From NCBI GenBank assembly GCA_036164085.1, contig JAYZJV010000056.1, positions 737 through 64,736 on the forward strand: a stretch of 64,000 bases of DNA, read 5' to 3'. A program made the translations under genes and the position numbers. This document shows positions 60,935-64,000 of the stretch, piece after piece. The notes beneath the pieces were generated by a model. That model did no database searches and was not told the DNA's origin. It saw only the letters and a list, made by a program, of their open reading frames with translations. Source of the stretch: Chloroflexota bacterium (lineage in GTDB: Bacteria > Chloroflexota > Dehalococcoidia > Lucifugimonadales > Lucifugimonadaceae). Positions within the stretch are counted from its first letter, which is position 1, and each line of letters opens with the position of its first letter.

Positions 60935-62608
60935 TCACTTTACGATTTTTCCGCCAGTTATACTTTCGTCATTGTAGTATCTACTAAATCTTCCTTCTTG
61001 CTGGGTAATTACCTCAATAAGTGTACTTTGGCCATCATCATTTGTTTTTTGAGCATCTTTTATAGCAGGGACTATTTCTTCAGGTTTTTCAACATAGATT
61101 CCTTTAGCTCCCAGACCTTCAGCAATTGTAGTGTAGGAACCTGTGTTATTTCCTGCTCCGTATCTTTCCATAGCTATAGGCATATGATGGTCATAACCTC
61201 CCATGGTACTGTTATTTAAAAGGATAGTTGTAATAGGGCTTCCAGATCTAACTGAAGTTTCTAAATCTAAACCAGAAAGACCAAAAGCAGTATCGCCCAT
61301 AAAGTTAACACAAAATTTCTCAGGGTGAGCTATTTTAGCTCCAATTGCTAACGGCAACCCATAACCTAAATGAGTAGACTTACCCCATCCAATGTAGCTA
61401 TTTGGAACTGTCGCTGGATAGAAAGGCATAATTTGATCTCTAGGATGACCTGCATCATGTGTCATAATTGTATTTTCATGGTCGACAGCATTATTGATTT
61501 CAGTAATCAACCTATACGGATTTATAGGCTCATCATTAGAATTTAACAGTGGAGCCCAATCAGCTTCCCATTCCTGTTTTACCTGAGCAATTGATTCTAC
61601 GGTTTTTGTATCCTTAGTTCTTGAATCTCCATAGGCACCTTTTGCTTCATCAATAAGCATTTTTAGAGTAGATTTTACGTCTCCCAAAAGCCCAATTTCA
61701 GTTGAATATTCTTTATCAATATCTTCAACGTTATTTGTATTGTGAATTATTAATTTACCTTCAGGTATGTCTATTCCAAATGTAGTTTTTGAAAAACTAG
61801 CACCTAAACCTATAAGTACATCAGAATCTTTTAGCCAAGACCATACAGCTTTAGGAGCAGTTCTATTTGCAGCTCCTAATGATAGAGGATGACGTTCATC
61901 AAATGCAGATTTTCCTGGCATTGTAGTAATAACAGGAATTTGCATTATTTCTGCAAATTCTTTTAGTTCTTCTGTCGCTGCACCGTATAAAATTCCTTGT
62001 CCTGCCCAAATTACAGGGTTTTTTGCATTTCCAAGAGCTTTAATTGCATCCTTAACATCTGAAAGACTTGGAGAAGTCAAAATAGCATTAGGACTTGAAT
62101 AATCATCTGTGTTATCCACTTCTCCTGCCATAGCATCGCTTCTCATTTCAAGAAGTACTGGTCCAGGTCTTCCATTTTTTAATGCTGACATCGCTCTTCT
62201 CATTTGACTGGAAATTTCAGAGCTCTTTGTTATTGAAGAGTGCCATTTGGTTATATGTGCAAAGTTAGTTTGAGGATCAAAATTTGGTTTTACTTCTGCT
62301 ACATTTGCAGGAGATCCAGCTGGAAGATATAGAACTGGAACGCCTTCAGCCCATGCTTGAGCAAATCCCCCGAAGGAATTTTCTATTCCAGGTCCACCTT
62401 GAGAACAAAAAACACCTCTTTTACCTTCCTTGGCTAACATTCTTGCATATCCATCTGCAGCCATTATTCCACCACGTTCTTGCCTAAATACTATAGGTCT
62501 CAATCCGCCCTTTCCAGCAGCTTCAATTAGTGGGTTAGCAGGAAAACATGCTATCCATTCAAATCCTTCTTTTTTCAATATATCTACAACAGCATCATAC
62601 CCATTCAT
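60935..62608 (-). CDS. Thiamine-diphosphate-dependent enzyme (acetolactate-synthase-like fold)
   Basis: Three-domain size (557 aa). N-terminal pyrimidine-binding region (FRQERGGIMAADGYAR...GPGIEN) and a ThDP motif GDTAF...NNSTMGG. RBS ggag upstream. Confidence 0.8.
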   Translation of the reverse strand: MNGYDAVVDILKKEGFEWIACFPANPLIEAAGKGGLRPIVFRQERGGIMAADGYARMLAKEGKRGVFCSQGGPGIENSFGGFAQAWAEGVPVLYLPAGSPANVAEVKPNFDPQTNFAHITKWHSSITKSSEISSQMRRAMSALKNGRPGPVLLEMRSDAMAGEVDNTDDYSSPNAILTSPSLSDVKDAIKALGNAKNPVIWAGQGILYGAATEELKEFAEIMQIPVITTMPGKSAFDERHPLSLGAANRTAPKAVWSWLKDSDVLIGLGASFSKTTFGIDIPEGKLIIHNTNNVEDIDKEYSTEIGLLGDVKSTLKMLIDEAKGAYGDSRTKDTKTVESIAQVKQEWEADWAPLLNSNDEPINPYRLITEINNAVDHENTIMTHDAGHPRDQIMPFYPATVPNSYIGWGKSTHLGYGLPLAIGAKIAHPEKFCVNFMGDTAFGLSGLDLETSVRSGSPITTILLNNSTMGGYDHHMPIAMERYGAGNNTGSYTTIAEGLGAKGIYVEKPEEIVPAIKDAQKTNDDGQSTLIEVITQQEGRFSRYYNDESITGGKIVK

Positions 62609-62790
62609 AACTAATCTCCAAAAATTTATATTTTATTTTTCTTATAAAATAACTCTATTTGTTAAATTAATACAGTTCAAAATTGCTTAAATTCGTTTTA
62701 AATTATTCCTAGCCAATCTTTTTATTTGTTTTAGATTTAAATATCGCAAAATTTTTTTTTGTATTTAATTTAATATTTTTGAGGTAAATA

Positions 62791-63867
62791 ATGGTTCAAG
62801 AAAGATTAGTAGGGTTTGGGACAGCAAAGATAAAAGTATTTGGGGTTGGTGGGGGTGGCGGAAACGCTATCAACAGAATGTATAAAGATACAATTCCAGG
62901 CATTCAATTTGTTGCGGTTAACACAGATAATCAAGCTTTAGAAAATTCTATAATTCCTGAGAAAATCAGAATTGGAGATAGAATTGCTAGAGGAATGGGC
63001 GTTGGTGGAGATCCAAGTAGAGGAAAACAATCGGCTGAAGAAAGTAGATCTGAAATTAAAGAATACTTAAATGATGCTGATATGGTTTTTGTTGCAGCTG
63101 GAATGGGTGGAGGTTCAGGTACAGGAGCAGCTCCTGTGATTGCTGAGATTGCAAAATCTTCTGGGGCTTTAACTATAGGAGTAGTAACTAAGCCATTTGG
63201 ATTTGAAGGAACACAAAGGTTAGATGCTGCACTTGAAGGAATAGAAAACATAAAAAAATATGTTGATACACTTATTGTAGTTCCTAATGATAGATTGCTC
63301 CAAACAGAAGATAACCTTTCAATGAACGAAGCTTTTTCTCTTGCTGATGATGTACTAAAAGTAGGGATACAATCAATTGCAGAGCTTATTTTGGTGCCTG
63401 GAGAGATAAATTTAGACTTTGCTGATGTAAAAACAATTATGGAGAACGCAGGCCCTGCATGGATGGGTATTGGAGAATCCTCTGGTGATAACAGAGCGGT
63501 TGAAGCTGCAGAAAAAGCTGTTTCATCTCCATTGTTAGAGTTACCTATTGATGGAGCAAAGGGAGTAATATTTAATGTTTCTGGAGGTCAAGATACCACA
63601 TTGGACGAAGTTACTGCTGCATCTGAGGTTATAAAATCTAAAGTCCATCCAGATGCTAATATAATTTTTGGAAGTGTTAGTAATACCAAATTGAATGGAA
63701 AAATTAAAATTACTGTAATAGCCACTGGTTTTCCTGTATTAGTAGATGATGATTTTGCTGAAAGAAATATAAAACAAGAAGGCATGAGCATTGACGATCT
63801 TGAAGTTCCTCCTTTTTTAAGAAAAGATACTAGAGCCTTAAGAAGACTAAGATCCGGAACTCTATAA
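62791..63867 (+). CDS. ftsZ: Cell division GTPase FtsZ
   Basis: GVGGGGGNAINRM and tubulin signature GMGGGSGTGAAPVIA. 358 aa. RBS gaggt upstream. Confidence 0.97.
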   Translation: MVQERLVGFGTAKIKVFGVGGGGGNAINRMYKDTIPGIQFVAVNTDNQALENSIIPEKIRIGDRIARGMGVGGDPSRGKQSAEESRSEIKEYLNDADMVFVAAGMGGGSGTGAAPVIAEIAKSSGALTIGVVTKPFGFEGTQRLDAALEGIENIKKYVDTLIVVPNDRLLQTEDNLSMNEAFSLADDVLKVGIQSIAELILVPGEINLDFADVKTIMENAGPAWMGIGESSGDNRAVEAAEKAVSSPLLELPIDGAKGVIFNVSGGQDTTLDEVTAASEVIKSKVHPDANIIFGSVSNTKLNGKIKITVIATGFPVLVDDDFAERNIKQEGMSIDDLEVPPFLRKDTRALRRLRSGTL

Positions 63868-64000
63868 GTCAGTTTTTTTTTCGGGTAAGTCATCAAGAAT
63901 TTTGTTCAATCTTGATGTTTGCCCGTTATATGTAGGATCAGCAATTACGATGAATGCATTAGTTATATTATCAATATAATTAGAACTTATTTTTATTAAT
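63862..64000 (-). CDS. 3' end of an unidentified convergent ORF running in from beyond the window
   Basis: The open frame on the minus strand reads ...AFIVIADPTYNGQTSRLNKILDDLPEKKTDL* with stop TAG at 63862-63864. Only 46 codons are visible, so coding status is uncertain. Confidence 0.3.
   Translation of the reverse strand, partial: LIKISSNYIDNITNAFIVIADPTYNGQTSRLNKILDDLPEKKTDL

Noticed and set aside
63891-63917. Hairpin CATCAAGA-N11-TCTTGATG after ftsZ, as a possible intrinsic terminator.
   Set aside because: The stem is only 8 bp with a large loop and no real T-tract, and it lies inside a probable convergent ORF.

Overview
The window is visibly AT-rich (GC not computed) and very densely packed. 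It looks like chromosomal sequence from a streamlined bacterium. The gene order resembles Terrabacteria (Chloroflexota or Actinomycetota type): clpC-ispDF-cysS with rlmB about 7.6 kb further on, pyrR-pyrB-pyrC-carA-carB...pyrF, an HspR repressor and a PAC2-family protein. This taxonomic guess has low confidence.

Most of the content is housekeeping:
- ClpC (probably cut by the 5' window edge), a fused IspDF, CysS, SecG and GatB.
- A sufBCD-sufU operon and RlmB.
- IlvD, aminopeptidase N and the pyrimidine operon.
- modABC, translationally coupled to pyrF.
- A complete F1Fo ATP synthase operon (atpZ-B-E-F-H-A-G-D-C).
- hspR-grpE-dnaK, pyruvate kinase, a type-A RNase P RNA and ftsZ.

Between these lie accessory metabolic blocks:
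- MFS-SDR-tandem ABM-enolase plus a beta-propeller.
- A luciferase-like (LLM) oxidoreductase plus an M20 peptidase.
- A TPP enzyme-enolase-D-aminoacylase operon.

I saw no rRNA, tRNA, CRISPR array, prophage, transposon ends or recognisable defence or toxin-antitoxin system.

The most unusual items are:
1. A promoter, a 17-bp-arm palindrome and a structured, locally GC-richer leader (or 51-codon ORF) ending in a 24/25-bp hairpin, upstream of a NUDIX gene that has no Shine-Dalgarno (SD) sequence.
2. An ATP synthase a-subunit with a ~135-aa His/Cys-containing loop insertion, together with an epsilon subunit lacking its C-terminal helical domain.
3. A large-serine-recombinase-like gene that has lost its catalytic serine, sitting between a COG1579-type zinc-ribbon gene and rnpB.
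4. A PyrR-binding-loop-like motif placed directly on the pyrR ribosome-binding site (RBS).

All calls rest on reading the supplied translations and the DNA by eye. No database search was run.
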